From sequence record SRR31156797_1009: a stretch of 64,000 bases of DNA. One strand, given 5' to 3'. The position numbers were made by a program, and so were the translations under genes. The stretch's first letter is position 1, and each line of letters opens with the position of its first letter. Positions 31,860 through 42,199 of the stretch are shown piece after piece. Below the pieces are notes generated by a model that did no database searches, had not been told where the DNA came from, and saw only the letters and a program-made list of their open reading frames with translations.

Positions 31860-33986
31860 TTATTGCTTGAGCTGCTGGTTGGTTTCACCGCAGGTCAGCA
31901 TCGCACTCCCCATATACGGGTTGCGAACACTCTCATCCCGCTGAAGCCAGGTGGCACCTTCGTAGTCGAATGCCATTGGGCAGAATATCTCATACAAGGG
32001 ACCGCTGGTCTCAACGCCAAGCTTGAGGATTGCTTCGGAGAGCCCCACGGAAATCGGCTCAAATCCGGCCCTGACCGCGACGATGTCTTCGGCCTCATTC
32101 ACTGCCTCAAGCCCGTCGTTTATCTTCTTCAAAGCAGGCATCCAGACGTTATGGGCGGGGCCATTCAGAATGCTCATGTCCACCTTCTGCAAAGCGGCTG
32201 CAACCTGTATTGCCGCCAGCTTCGCTGCCTGCAAATTGTCTGCGGCCAATGCTTCGGACATGGGCTCATATTCGGCAAAGACCACACCGAGCTGCTTCTT
32301 GAATTCTTCCGGAGCAGTCAGTTCTGCCGCAGGAGCATCCAGCTTGAAGGCAGAGCGGAGTGTTGCGTAATGCCTTTCCATCTCAGCAAAAATTTCGTTC
32401 AACCGCTTTTCGTTGGGAGCTTCTGCACCGATCATGGCGTCATTACTCAATAGCATGGAGTATTCGCGCCACCTCAGGGCTGATTCCCCTGTCAGAGAAG
32501 ATCCATCTATAAGCCGCAGTTCCTTGTTGAACTGCCCAAAAGCAAGATGAGTCTTTGCCAATTCGGCGGTAGCGACTTCTGTGGCAAGGCTTTGGAATGT
32601 CGCATCAAGAAGTCGGATCTTGGACAGGAACAACGGCGGCAATTCATCTTCAACGGGAGTGGTTGAAGTGGCAGGATTCATCATGCTCGGCTTGGCAACG
32701 ATCTGAACCGCGCTGTCGATCTTGAAATTGCCCTTGGTGACAACCTCGTCGCTCTCCTCAAGGCCACTTCGGACGATGTAGTAGTTGTTGGCCTTGGCGC
32801 CGAGTACAATCTCACGACCTTCGTACTTGCCTGGGTTGTCGGGATCAACGACGTAGACAATGGCTCGCTTGCCAGTCAGCAAAGGAGCTGATGCCGGAAT
32901 GACCAATGGAAGCTCAGTCTGTTGCTTGCTGTCGCCTCCCTTCTTCTGGGAGGCACGAACCAACATGCCGGGCTTCAGACTACCGTCCTTATTCGGGACT
33001 TCAAGCCGAACCCGAACAGTACGGGTCTTCTCAGTTACTATGGGGTCAATGTAGACAACCTTGCCCTTAAACGTCTTGCCTGGATATGCCTCAGTCTGAA
33101 ACTCTATCTGCTGGCCGAGTTCGATCCACGGCAGATCAGATTCATAGGCCTCCAACATCACCCACAACGAGGAAAGATCAGCGATGGAGTAAATTGAAGC
33201 GCCCGTCTTGACGTACTGGCCCTCGTTGACATTCTTGGCCAGGATCACGCCCCCTTGGGGGGCGTAGAGCGTAATGTGGTCGGAAGCCTTGCCGTCACGC
33301 ACAACCCTGTCGACCTGGCTCTTCTTCAACCCCAGAAGACGCAGCTTCTCTCTGGCAGCTTCTTCAGTCCGCTTCGCCGTATTCTTAACGATCTCCAACT
33401 TGCTGTCCTTGAGGTCTCGCAACGTGCGAATGGATTCAATCAGCTCGGCTTGTGCCGTCAAAAGTTCGGGACTGTATATCGAGACCATGGGCTGGCCCTT
33501 CTTTACCAGGCCGCCGGTGTAATCTACATATATCTTGTCCACTCGCCCACCAGTCCACGCCGTTATCGCTCGGACTCGTGTCTCGTCATAATCAACCTTG
33601 CCGACCATGCGAATTTCGACATTCACATCCAACCTTTGCACCGGTTCAGTGACAATGCCTGCCAACTTGCGCGCACTTTCGGACAGTTCAATTTCTCGTA
33701 GACTCGTCTGCTCGGAAGTGTCCTTCTTCTCCAGAGGGATCAGTTCCATAAAACAGATGGGACAATTGCCCGGCTCGGGGAGTTGGATTTGGGGATGCAT
33801 GGAACATGTCCAGATGATGTTGCCAGACTCGTCAACCTTGCTCTCAAGGCCGTGCTCGGCATGCTCATCCAGAACGGTTTCAGTGGTCGGAGAACTCGTG
33901 TCCTTCACAAGATACCCTACGGAGAATGCGATAACACTGACCAGTATGATAATTATGACCAGCTTGGTGCTTCTGAACCTGCTCAT
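31860..33986 (-). CDS. cusB: CusB-family RND periplasmic adaptor with extra metal-binding domains
   Basis: WTCSMHPQI...CPICFMEL, YSPEL, LKPGM, C-terminal FCPMA...NPYMGSAMLTCG (DUF3347-like). Confidence 0.9.
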   Translation of the reverse strand: MSRFRSTKLVIIIILVSVIAFSVGYLVKDTSSPTTETVLDEHAEHGLESKVDESGNIIWTCSMHPQIQLPEPGNCPICFMELIPLEKKDTSEQTSLREIELSESARKLAGIVTEPVQRLDVNVEIRMVGKVDYDETRVRAITAWTGGRVDKIYVDYTGGLVKKGQPMVSIYSPELLTAQAELIESIRTLRDLKDSKLEIVKNTAKRTEEAAREKLRLLGLKKSQVDRVVRDGKASDHITLYAPQGGVILAKNVNEGQYVKTGASIYSIADLSSLWVMLEAYESDLPWIELGQQIEFQTEAYPGKTFKGKVVYIDPIVTEKTRTVRVRLEVPNKDGSLKPGMLVRASQKKGGDSKQQTELPLVIPASAPLLTGKRAIVYVVDPDNPGKYEGREIVLGAKANNYYIVRSGLEESDEVVTKGNFKIDSAVQIVAKPSMMNPATSTTPVEDELPPLFLSKIRLLDATFQSLATEVATAELAKTHLAFGQFNKELRLIDGSSLTGESALRWREYSMLLSNDAMIGAEAPNEKRLNEIFAEMERHYATLRSAFKLDAPAAELTAPEEFKKQLGVVFAEYEPMSEALAADNLQAAKLAAIQVAAALQKVDMSILNGPAHNVWMPALKKINDGLEAVNEAEDIVAVRAGFEPISVGLSEAILKLGVETSGPLYEIFCPMAFDYEGATWLQRDESVRNPYMGSAMLTCGETNQQLKQ

Positions 33987-34038
33987 GGTATCCCCTACTT
34001 CAACTTATATCGTTCATGGTCGGCTCATGATGCGAACA

Positions 34039-34302
34039 TCACGCCGAGACTTCTTCCAGGACAACGCCGTCGCGGCGCATCTTTTCCATGTAGAAATCAG
34101 GCTGCTTCTTAAAATCGCCTGGACAGGCCGAACAGCAGAAATAAATACGCCTAGCCTGGTAATCTGTGAACAAATCGCGGCTGACATCAAAGCCCATGAC
34201 AGGACATTTTTTCTGGTTGCCGGGAGCCGCATGGGCGATGCCGGCGACGAGCATAAAAACAACCATGAAAATGAATGGAGTAAATATCCCGTCAATTCGC
34301 AT
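34039..34302 (-). CDS. Secreted YHS-domain protein
   Basis: Signal peptide; CPVMG...IYFCCSAC..DFKKQPDFY. Confidence 0.82.
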   Translation of the reverse strand: MRIDGIFTPFIFMVVFMLVAGIAHAAPGNQKKCPVMGFDVSRDLFTDYQARRIYFCCSACPGDFKKQPDFYMEKMRRDGVVLEEVSA

Positions 34303-34305
34303 AAT

Positions 34306-35712
34306 TTACTTATCCTTCTTCAAAAGCGACCCATGGAACTCGCACGGAAGTTCGCGTCCCACCAGAGTTTCAATCTCAGCCAGACGCTGGGCCTGATCAG
34401 TCAGCGCCCGGTAGTAGGCGAGCTGTAATTCCAACAAAGTCTTTTCGGCATCAATCATATCAAGCGAGGTGCCCTGGCCGGTCATGAATGCTTCCACGGT
34501 CACACCAAGCGCCTGTTCTGCCTTGGGAACAAGCGTGTCCCGATACAGATTTATTTTCCTGCCAGCGTCGCGATACTTGTAGAGAGCCAATTCCAGGCTT
34601 GCGCGAAGTTTCTGCTCCAGACCGATACGACTCCGTCTGGCTGCCAATATTTTTGCCTGACTTTCGTCCACGGCAGCCTCTCGCGCTCCAAGCCAAATCG
34701 GAATATTGAAAGACATGGAGGTCATGACGGGATTCTGCCCATCGCCGATCACTCCAGAATTGCGAGCGTCATCCACTTCCGTGACGTCCACCCCGAAGGT
34801 GAAATCAGGATAATAGTTCCTCTCGGCCAATCTTTTGCCAGCCTCTTCCTTCTTCACAACCGTTTCCCAGTACAACAGGTTAGGATTCGCCGCCTGAAGC
34901 TCAGCGTCAAGATCATCGGGCGAATCGGTCATCGTCATGATCGGAATGGAAGGAGGAAACGCAATTTCCGTCTTGACCGGACGGTCCAACAAGGCATTGA
35001 GCTGGGCTGCCAGTGGATACTTGAGATCATTGAGAGAATTGAGCCGATCTTCCAGCTTGCCGAGCTCGACCTGTGGACGAATGACATCAGCATGCTTGGC
35101 CGACCCCGTGGTATATCGGGCAGTAGCTATCTTCTCCAAGTACTTCATCAACTCGATGTTTTCCTCGGTAATGTCGATGGCACGGGCAAGGTAAGCGTAT
35201 TCGTAATACACTCGCTTGACCTGATAGAATGTCGTAAGCTTGAGACCATTGAGCTTTGCTTTAAGGCCATCCGCTTCCCGAAGTGCCATCTGCTCCTTAT
35301 AGTCCAGCTTGCCGAAAAACGGTAGTGTCTGTGCCAGGCCATACTTGTACCTGGCCGGGCCGCCACGTGTCTCAAGAGGAGTCGTGTAGTACCCGAAATT
35401 GAATTTGGGATCGGGTAGCACATCAGCCCGGTCGGAACGCTTTATCGCCGCCTGCCACTTCTGAAATGCGGCTCGGAGTTCATTGTTGCTTTCGGCTGCC
35501 CGCTGCAAAAAAAGCTTCAACTCACCCAACTCAGCCCTGGCACCAAGATAGCTGCCTGGGATATTTCCTGACAGGTTCTCCTGTTCTTGAGCATGCGAGT
35601 TGGGGGCGACACAAAGCACAGTCGCAACCAACGAAACAATGAAAAATGAGGCTTTTACCAACTTCATCCAAACTCCATCCGTTTGTTCAAATACAATCAA
35701 TCTACGTGCCAT
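34306..35712 (-). CDS. TolC/CusC-family outer membrane efflux protein
   Basis: LPDPKF, QTLPFFGKL, YYPDF; first gene of the RND operon; true start may be 35667. Confidence 0.88.
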   Translation of the reverse strand: MARRLIVFEQTDGVWMKLVKASFFIVSLVATVLCVAPNSHAQEQENLSGNIPGSYLGARAELGELKLFLQRAAESNNELRAAFQKWQAAIKRSDRADVLPDPKFNFGYYTTPLETRGGPARYKYGLAQTLPFFGKLDYKEQMALREADGLKAKLNGLKLTTFYQVKRVYYEYAYLARAIDITEENIELMKYLEKIATARYTTGSAKHADVIRPQVELGKLEDRLNSLNDLKYPLAAQLNALLDRPVKTEIAFPPSIPIMTMTDSPDDLDAELQAANPNLLYWETVVKKEEAGKRLAERNYYPDFTFGVDVTEVDDARNSGVIGDGQNPVMTSMSFNIPIWLGAREAAVDESQAKILAARRSRIGLEQKLRASLELALYKYRDAGRKINLYRDTLVPKAEQALGVTVEAFMTGQGTSLDMIDAEKTLLELQLAYYRALTDQAQRLAEIETLVGRELPCEFHGSLLKKDK

Positions 35713-35988
35713 CCGCTTGAAGCCCTTTTATTATTGCCAGTTAGAGAGATATCCAATCATTAATTCCGATCAATTTAGTATGATTTAGCGCACACCCATT
35801 CACAATATTTGTGCGTATGTGCAAAAAACGTCATCATTCATGAAAAACAACGCCTCATGCCATAACGATGGGCTATTCTTGTTCACAAGATAGCCGTGCC
35901 AGTCATTATGGTATACTGACCTCATATACTGTACACCTTTCTGTGCCAATATGATACGGTTTCATATGATAAATCGCCACTCAACGGA

Positions 35989-38091
35989 GTGTTTATGGGC
36001 ATCCGCTACAAACTGCTAATCCTTCTACTCCTGATTTCTCTTGCCCCCCTGCTGGTTGTCCGGACAGGGGTACAGAAAGATTTGCTCCAACTGGGAGAAA
36101 GCCTCGCGGTCCGCAGTTCCAACACCCTGGTTCACAAAGCCAGCACTGGACTAAAGCGAATAGTTGAAGACCATGCACGCGTTCTCAAGCGAGAAAAGCA
36201 GCTCCTGGAAAGCAGCACCCTATTTCTTGCCTCAAAAATCGAAGGAGTATTATACGGCCATTCACATACGATGCCTGACCAATCATACCAACCGCCCACA
36301 GCACAAATCCCGGAAGCACAGGCAGACTATTATTCACTCCACATGAGAGGCCGCCGGGAGCTTCTCGTAGATTTCACATCCATAAAAACACAAGGAGCCA
36401 AAGGAAGTACCAAAGCTCCTGATGTTGCACATCTAAACTCAATGCTGTTGCCTCTTTTGGGACAAGTGAAATTTGAATACCCCAAACTGACTCTATGGAT
36501 TGAGGTTCGCCTCCCTGACGGGAATACGGTCATATACCCAAAGCCTTCGGACACAATGCCGATGATGCGAGGGCGCAACAACGAACGGCAGCCACTGGCC
36601 CAGACTTTGAGCTGGTCTCCCCCGACCATCGACTCCCGAACCCGAAGAATCGCTTTCCGAGTCACCGCCCCCATCCGTGATGCCAAAGGCGGACTGCAAG
36701 GAAGCGCAAGCATTGTGATTCCTGTTGGTGCCTTGTTGCACAAGAGTCATCATGTCTCCATATTTTCCGAACAGGCAATCTCAATTCTTGTCGCACCAGA
36801 GGTCGACCCCAAAACCAATGAAAGTCGACTCAAAGTCATAGCTAGGGAAATAGCCCAGAACGGCATGCGCAACCACTGGATCGTCCCGGAAGAAGACGCT
36901 TGGCTTATTTCTACGGATAAAGAGCAATACGGAATCATGATGAATGCGCTTCGGGCACTCACGCCGGGTGTCACGGAAATGCCGTATGAAGGCAATGACG
37001 CTCTCTGGGCATACGCCCCCATTGATCAGGGTGGCGCAGCTCTCATGATTATCGTCCCCAAGACCGACATCGTGCGTGAAGCTCTCACGGCAAAGGAATT
37101 CATCCTGACACAGGTAGGAAAGCACGATCAGACAATGAGTTATGTCGTCCTTGGCGTTGCCTTGCTCGTCATCGTACTCGCCTTCCTTTCATCCAAACTG
37201 GTAACAAGAAATGTTTCAGCTCTCGCAACTGCTGTCGGGAGAGTGGCCAAAGGCGATTTTTCCGCGCGGGCTGACGTCCGAGGCAAAGACGAAATAGGTC
37301 AACTGGGACAATCGTTTAACAAAATGGTCCCCGAACTGGAGGAAAGAGTCGCACTGAAGAATTCACTGGAAATGGCGCAACAGGTTCAGCAGGACCTGCT
37401 TCCTTCGGAAGTGCCCCATTTCCGAGGAGCGGATATAGCGGCAACAAGCATGTACTGCGACGAAACGGGCGGCGACTACTTCGGATTCATTCCTCGGCGG
37501 GAGGGTGGCGAAGTCAGTCTCGTAGTGGCTGTTGGAGACGTCAGTGGACACGGCGTACCTGCCGCGTTGATGATGTCATCTGCACGCGCATACCTCCGCA
37601 GCCATATCGGCGCAGGAGAGCCTCTTCATGTGGCAGTCCAAAATGCAAACCGCTTGATCAGCGAAGACGTGGATCAGTCGGGTCGCTTCATGACCCTCTT
37701 CCTTTTGGAACTCACGCAAACACAAACCATACGCTGGGTAAGAGCAGGACACGACCCCGCTCTTGTTTACAGCCTGACAACAGATGACTTTGAAGAACTG
37801 GGCGGAGATGGCCTGCCGCTTGGTGTTATTAACGATGTCGAGTTCGAACTCAACGAACGATCAGACCTGAAAAGTGGTCAACTTGTTATCGTCGGCACCG
37901 ATGGAATCTGGGAGATGACTTCCCCCGACGGCGAGATGTTCGGCAAGGACAGGTTGAAAGCTCTCATCAGGGACAACAAAAAAGCTTCGGCTGCCAAGCT
38001 GATCGAAATACTCACCCAAACGCTGAATCGTTTCCGAGGGGAGATCATGCAGGAAGATGACATCACGATAGCAATCGTTCGCCTTCCGTAG
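35989..38091 (+). CDS. Membrane sensor with HAMP and SpoIIE/PP2C phosphatase domain
   Basis: Two TMs, HAMP (DEIGQLGQSFNKM), GGDYF, GDVSGHG, AGH, TDGIWE, QEDDIT. Confidence 0.9.
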   Translation: MFMGIRYKLLILLLLISLAPLLVVRTGVQKDLLQLGESLAVRSSNTLVHKASTGLKRIVEDHARVLKREKQLLESSTLFLASKIEGVLYGHSHTMPDQSYQPPTAQIPEAQADYYSLHMRGRRELLVDFTSIKTQGAKGSTKAPDVAHLNSMLLPLLGQVKFEYPKLTLWIEVRLPDGNTVIYPKPSDTMPMMRGRNNERQPLAQTLSWSPPTIDSRTRRIAFRVTAPIRDAKGGLQGSASIVIPVGALLHKSHHVSIFSEQAISILVAPEVDPKTNESRLKVIAREIAQNGMRNHWIVPEEDAWLISTDKEQYGIMMNALRALTPGVTEMPYEGNDALWAYAPIDQGGAALMIIVPKTDIVREALTAKEFILTQVGKHDQTMSYVVLGVALLVIVLAFLSSKLVTRNVSALATAVGRVAKGDFSARADVRGKDEIGQLGQSFNKMVPELEERVALKNSLEMAQQVQQDLLPSEVPHFRGADIAATSMYCDETGGDYFGFIPRREGGEVSLVVAVGDVSGHGVPAALMMSSARAYLRSHIGAGEPLHVAVQNANRLISEDVDQSGRFMTLFLLELTQTQTIRWVRAGHDPALVYSLTTDDFEELGGDGLPLGVINDVEFELNERSDLKSGQLVIVGTDGIWEMTSPDGEMFGKDRLKALIRDNKKASAAKLIEILTQTLNRFRGEIMQEDDITIAIVRLP

Positions 38092-38106
38092 CACTCCATG
38101 AGAAAG

Positions 38107-38111
38107 TTATA
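38107..38111. repeat. 5-bp target-site duplication TTATA (left)
   Basis: Same 5-mer at 46212-46216, each directly abutting an IR. Confidence 0.88.
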
Positions 38112-38149
38112 GGGGACACTCCATAGAAAGGGAAAAAACGCACGCTTAG
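38112..38149 (+). repeat. Left 38-bp inverted repeat
   Basis: GGGGACACTCCATAGAAAGGGAAAAAACGCACGCTTAG; Tn3-type GGGG...ACG(C/T)T(T/A)AG. Confidence 0.9.
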
Positions 38150-38238
38150 AAAGCGCCCCAAGTGGTTCCCCCTCCTCTTAAATGTCTGACTGTTGTAATA
38201 ATAATTTCTAATTGCGAGACAGTAAAAAAACGCGATCG

Positions 38239-39609
38239 TTATTTCTTAATAAATATTTCATACTTCTTGATCTTATTGTCCAACGTCGTGCGCGTGATGC
38301 CCAGCAACTTTGCCGCCTCGCTTTTGTTGCCTTCCGTCTGTGTCAGCGTTTCTTCGATGGCAACCTTTTCGATCTCTTGCAGCGACTTGCCGCCGACGTG
38401 ATGCTGGCTTCCATTGGAGCCACAAACGTTTTCGAAATGCTGCGTGAGTGCTGGAGGCAAATCCTTTTCAGACACATATTCACCAGCGGAAAGAATGACT
38501 GCTCTTTCCACTGCGTTTTCCAGTTCACGAACATTTCCGGGCCAATCGTATTTCACGAGCACATCCATTGCCATGGGGGTAAATCCCTTCAACTGCTTTC
38601 TGTTGAACTCGGAGAAACGTTTCAAGAAAAATGTAGCCAACAGCGGCGTATCCTCTCCACGCTCCTTCAAAGACGGAATCCAGAGGTTCACCACGTTCAG
38701 CCTGTAATAAAGGTCTTCTCGGAAAGTCCCTTTTTCGACTTCAACCAAGAGGTCTCTGTTAGTCGCTGCGATGATTCGGACATCAACCTTTAAGACTTTG
38801 TCACTGCCGACTCGTTGGATTTCTCGCTCTTGAATAGCTCGGAGCAACTTGGCCTGCATGGGCATCGGTATTTCACCAACCTCATCCAAGAATATGGAGC
38901 CACCGTTGGCCTGCATGAAACGGCCATCCCTTTTCTTGTCTGCTCCAGTGAACGCACCTTTTTCGTGACCAAACAGCTCGGACTCCAAAAGGGTGTCAGT
39001 CAGGGCTGCGCAATTGACAGTCACAAGCGGTGCCTTCTTCCGGTTGCTGTTTGCGTGGATCGCTTTGGCAAACAACTCCTTCCCGGTACCGCTCTCGCCG
39101 GAGATCAAAATCGTGGCCTCCGTCGAGGCAACTGTTTTCACCATGCTGACAAGCTCATTCATGGGCTTGCTGTTGCCGATAATGTCCGTCAGGCTTGAGT
39201 CTTCCGATATTCTCTCTTTGAGGGATTGGTTTTCCTTGATGAGCGTCATGTGGTCCAGAGAACGCTCCAAAGTCATTTTGAGTTCATCAAAGTTCAGGGG
39301 CTTGGTCAGGTAATCGTACGCCCCCAACTTCATCGCCTCCACGGCTGTGTCGACGGAAGAGTATGCGGTCATGATCACAACTGGAATGGCGGGGTTATAA
39401 TCCTTGATCTGGCTCAGGGCTTCAATGCCACCGATTCTTGCCATTCTGACGTCCATCAGAACAGCGTCAAAGGGAGCCTTCTTCACTTTCTCAATGGCGT
39501 CTCCACCATCTTCCACGCCCACAACTGCGTACGCCCACCCCGTGAGCATAGTTTTGAGCATTGAGAGGTGTGCTTTGTCGTCGTCTACAACTAAAATCTT
39601 GGCACTCAT
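38239..39609 (-). CDS. Sigma-54-dependent response regulator, ZraR/HydG-like
   Basis: REC (LMDVRM), GESGTGKE, GAFTGA, FLDEVG, WPGNVRELEN, Fis HTH. Confidence 0.9.
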   Translation of the reverse strand: MSAKILVVDDDKAHLSMLKTMLTGWAYAVVGVEDGGDAIEKVKKAPFDAVLMDVRMARIGGIEALSQIKDYNPAIPVVIMTAYSSVDTAVEAMKLGAYDYLTKPLNFDELKMTLERSLDHMTLIKENQSLKERISEDSSLTDIIGNSKPMNELVSMVKTVASTEATILISGESGTGKELFAKAIHANSNRKKAPLVTVNCAALTDTLLESELFGHEKGAFTGADKKRDGRFMQANGGSIFLDEVGEIPMPMQAKLLRAIQEREIQRVGSDKVLKVDVRIIAATNRDLLVEVEKGTFREDLYYRLNVVNLWIPSLKERGEDTPLLATFFLKRFSEFNRKQLKGFTPMAMDVLVKYDWPGNVRELENAVERAVILSAGEYVSEKDLPPALTQHFENVCGSNGSQHHVGGKSLQEIEKVAIEETLTQTEGNKSEAAKLLGITRTTLDNKIKKYEIFIKK

Positions 39610-39611
39610 AT

Positions 39612-41453
39612 TTACGCCGTTCCTTTTGATTCTATCGGAATGAGAATGGTAAAAGCTGTTCCATTTGGCCCGGTATATTCAACTGTGATTTCGCCGGAAT
39701 GGGCTTCGACAATCTTGCTCACGATGGCAAGGCCCAACCCTGTTCCGGTCTGTTTGGTCGTGAAGTACGGATCAAATATGCGCGACACGTCAGCGTCAGG
39801 AAGACCTGCACCTGTATCTGAAACCGTCAACTGCAAGGAAGCCTCTTGTCTGCTGGCATTGACTGCAAGTGAGCCTCCATCCGGCATGGCCTGAATGGCA
39901 TTGACATAGAGGTTGATCATGGCTTGTGTCATTCGATCCGGGTCGAGGGTGACATTTCCTATGTCTTTGGCTGCCTCCAAGGACACGGACACGCCCGCGC
40001 TTTCGGCTTCCTGTTTAACCAAGCGCAGAGAGCTTTCAAGAAGCGTTGAGACATCCGTGTCGCGCAGTTTGACGTCAGCCGGACGAGCCATTTCAAGGAG
40101 TTCGGATATGACTCGGTTCAGTCGATCAACTTCAGAGGTCATGACCTCTGCTGCCTTTCGATTGTCGCTGCCTTCATCAAAAAGGGAGCCGAAGTAGGTT
40201 GCATAGCCCTTGATGGAACTCAGAGGGTTGCGCACCTCATGAGCAACACCTGCGGCAAGATGACCAATAGCTGCCATCCTATCGGCTTTGCGAACCTCTT
40301 CTTGGAGTTCTTTGACCTGACTCAGGTCGCGAACCATAAACAACTGGCCGACATTGACTCCCTCTTCGGTGATGATGTCAGTAACAACCGCCGCTATAGG
40401 CAACTTACGTCCGTCATTCAACGCAAGTTCCATTTCTTTCTCAACTACCTGCTGTTCGGTATTTACTGAGGAGCGAAGCACCCAGAGTTCATCGGGCAAG
40501 AACGTTTTGGCCTGTTGTCCCACAATCCGTGTGATATCATCATAATCACGCGCCAACAGAGCAAGGGCAATGTCGTTTGCATAGGTGATTCGTCCATCAG
40601 GATCACATACAACCAGACCTTCTGGGATGTTCGCTACCATCTCTGCGGTCAACGCTTGAGAGTCCTGCAAAAGTTTCTTGGACCGTGTGTGGCTTTGCAT
40701 CCAGAACAAGGACACCACGCCACCAAGGCCCAAGAGCAGCAGGATACCTGACATGGTCAATGTTAATGAAACGTCTTCGGCAATGGCCTCCTCGAACGGA
40801 GCTACGTCCATACCGATAAATATGGCAGGTCGTTCGGCTGGGTCTAATATCCTGTCCTGTTTAAGTCCACTCATCCAGCCCGGTTGGCACCAATCATCGG
40901 ACATGTCTCCTGACTGTCTGCCCATCATGCGCTGCATCATTTGGCTTCTTCTTTGCTGCATTGTGGCAGGTTGGTCAGATTGTGTGCGCTGTGCCAAAAC
41001 AGGGAGGAATCGCTTGTACACCTCGAAAGACTTTGTGCCTTCGGATTCACCTACGACACGCCACTGAGAATCCTTGGTGACAGCCAACTCGGTCATATCC
41101 TTTTCGGAAATAAACTGCTGACCGATTTCAACCTCATTACTATGTGCAAGAATTTCTCCGGAGGAGTCTACCACGGCAATGTAGAGGATGTCGGGTTGGG
41201 TCGCGATCTCTTGCATCAACACCTGCAGGTTGGGTCCCTCACCGAGCATGCCCATCATTCCAGTACGTGTTCCTGCTTCAAAGGCTTTGATCAAGGCCGA
41301 GCCTTTCTCACTGAGCACCCGTCCCATATATTGTTTTTCGCGATTGTAATTCATGAATGCCAAAACGAGCACCACGATTACAAGGATAAGGCTCATTCCG
41401 ATAACAGCCCAAGGCGACATATTTCCCAAAAAAATGTTGATTCTTTTCTTCAT
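39612..41453 (-). CDS. Sensor histidine kinase with PAS, ZraS/HydH-like
   Basis: EKGSALIKAFEAGTRTGM periplasmic motif; VAHEVRNPLSSIKG; GTGLGL. Confidence 0.88.
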   Translation of the reverse strand: MKKRINIFLGNMSPWAVIGMSLILVIVVLVLAFMNYNREKQYMGRVLSEKGSALIKAFEAGTRTGMMGMLGEGPNLQVLMQEIATQPDILYIAVVDSSGEILAHSNEVEIGQQFISEKDMTELAVTKDSQWRVVGESEGTKSFEVYKRFLPVLAQRTQSDQPATMQQRRSQMMQRMMGRQSGDMSDDWCQPGWMSGLKQDRILDPAERPAIFIGMDVAPFEEAIAEDVSLTLTMSGILLLLGLGGVVSLFWMQSHTRSKKLLQDSQALTAEMVANIPEGLVVCDPDGRITYANDIALALLARDYDDITRIVGQQAKTFLPDELWVLRSSVNTEQQVVEKEMELALNDGRKLPIAAVVTDIITEEGVNVGQLFMVRDLSQVKELQEEVRKADRMAAIGHLAAGVAHEVRNPLSSIKGYATYFGSLFDEGSDNRKAAEVMTSEVDRLNRVISELLEMARPADVKLRDTDVSTLLESSLRLVKQEAESAGVSVSLEAAKDIGNVTLDPDRMTQAMINLYVNAIQAMPDGGSLAVNASRQEASLQLTVSDTGAGLPDADVSRIFDPYFTTKQTGTGLGLAIVSKIVEAHSGEITVEYTGPNGTAFTILIPIESKGTA

Positions 41454-41486
41454 TATTCGGCTTTCCTTTTTCAGATCGAGACAGCC

Positions 41487-41503
41487 TGTCTAAAATTTAG
41501 ACA
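41487..41503. promoter_or_regulatory. Palindrome, candidate enhancer (UAS) for the ZraR-like activator
   Basis: TGTCTAAA-A-TTTAGACA about 130 bp upstream of the sigma-54 promoter. Confidence 0.5.
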
Positions 41504-41633
41504 CTCTGCATGTCTCATGTGTACACTTTTTAAGCACTCACGCCTACCTTCGCAATCCAGATTACGCGGCGGATTCCGCTGGAAAATACTTTTCTCCAAT
41601 ATTAAGTGCGGCTTGTAGGTTTTTGTCATTCTT

Positions 41634-41648
41634 TGGCATCAGTCTTGC
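41634..41648 (+). promoter_or_regulatory. Sigma-54 -24/-12 promoter
   Basis: TGGCAT-CAGTC-TTGC, 50 bp upstream of the zraP-like start, divergent from the EBP/HK pair. Confidence 0.8.
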
Positions 41649-41698
41649 CTTAGTCATTGCAAAGCTTGTTCACAAAACACTCAATAGGAGAAATTATC

Positions 41699-42130
41699 AT
41701 GAAGAAGAACATTATCGCTTTGGCACTGGTTATGGCTGTTGGTCTCGCTTTCGTCGCAACCGATGCAATGGCATGGGGATACGGCAACTGCGGAGGCTGG
41801 AATGGCAATGGATACAATGCACAATCCTTCGACACCAACAACAAGGCGTATCAGGACTTCCTGAACTCCACCGCCAAGCTGAGGGCAGAGATTGATGCAG
41901 ACCGCGCTGAACTGGCCGCTATCATGGCCAGTCCTAATCCTGATGCAAAGAAGGTCCGCAGCCTGACAGAGCAGATCAATGAGGGCATCACCACCCTCAA
42001 TGAAAAGGCTGCTGCTCAGAATCTCCCGACCAATGGCATGATGGGTCCCGGCATGATGGGGCGTGGTATGGGCCGAGGCATGGGACGCGGCATGATGGGT
42101 TTCAATAGCTACAACTGCCCCCGTTGGTAG
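41699..42130 (+). CDS. ZraP/Spy/CpxP-family periplasmic protein
   Basis: Signal peptide, TAKLRAEI...ELAAIMASPNPDAKKVRSL, Gly/Met-rich tail; AGGAG RBS before MKKNII. Confidence 0.82.
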   Translation: MKKNIIALALVMAVGLAFVATDAMAWGYGNCGGWNGNGYNAQSFDTNNKAYQDFLNSTAKLRAEIDADRAELAAIMASPNPDAKKVRSLTEQINEGITTLNEKAAAQNLPTNGMMGPGMMGRGMGRGMGRGMMGFNSYNCPRW

Positions 42131-42199
42131 GTCTGAATCTCGAATTCGATGGGGGAGGAAACTCCCCCTCACCTCTCATGCTCATAAGGAGATTAAATC

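Noticed and set aside
35845-35950. Three minus-strand TGGCA(C/T) motifs upstream of cusC as sigma-54 promoters
   Set aside because: None has TTGC at the required -12 spacing.
42033-42100. GGCATG(ATG)GG tandem-like repeats
   Set aside because: Encode the Gly/Met-rich tail of the ZraP-like protein; not a CRISPR or DNA-level repeat.
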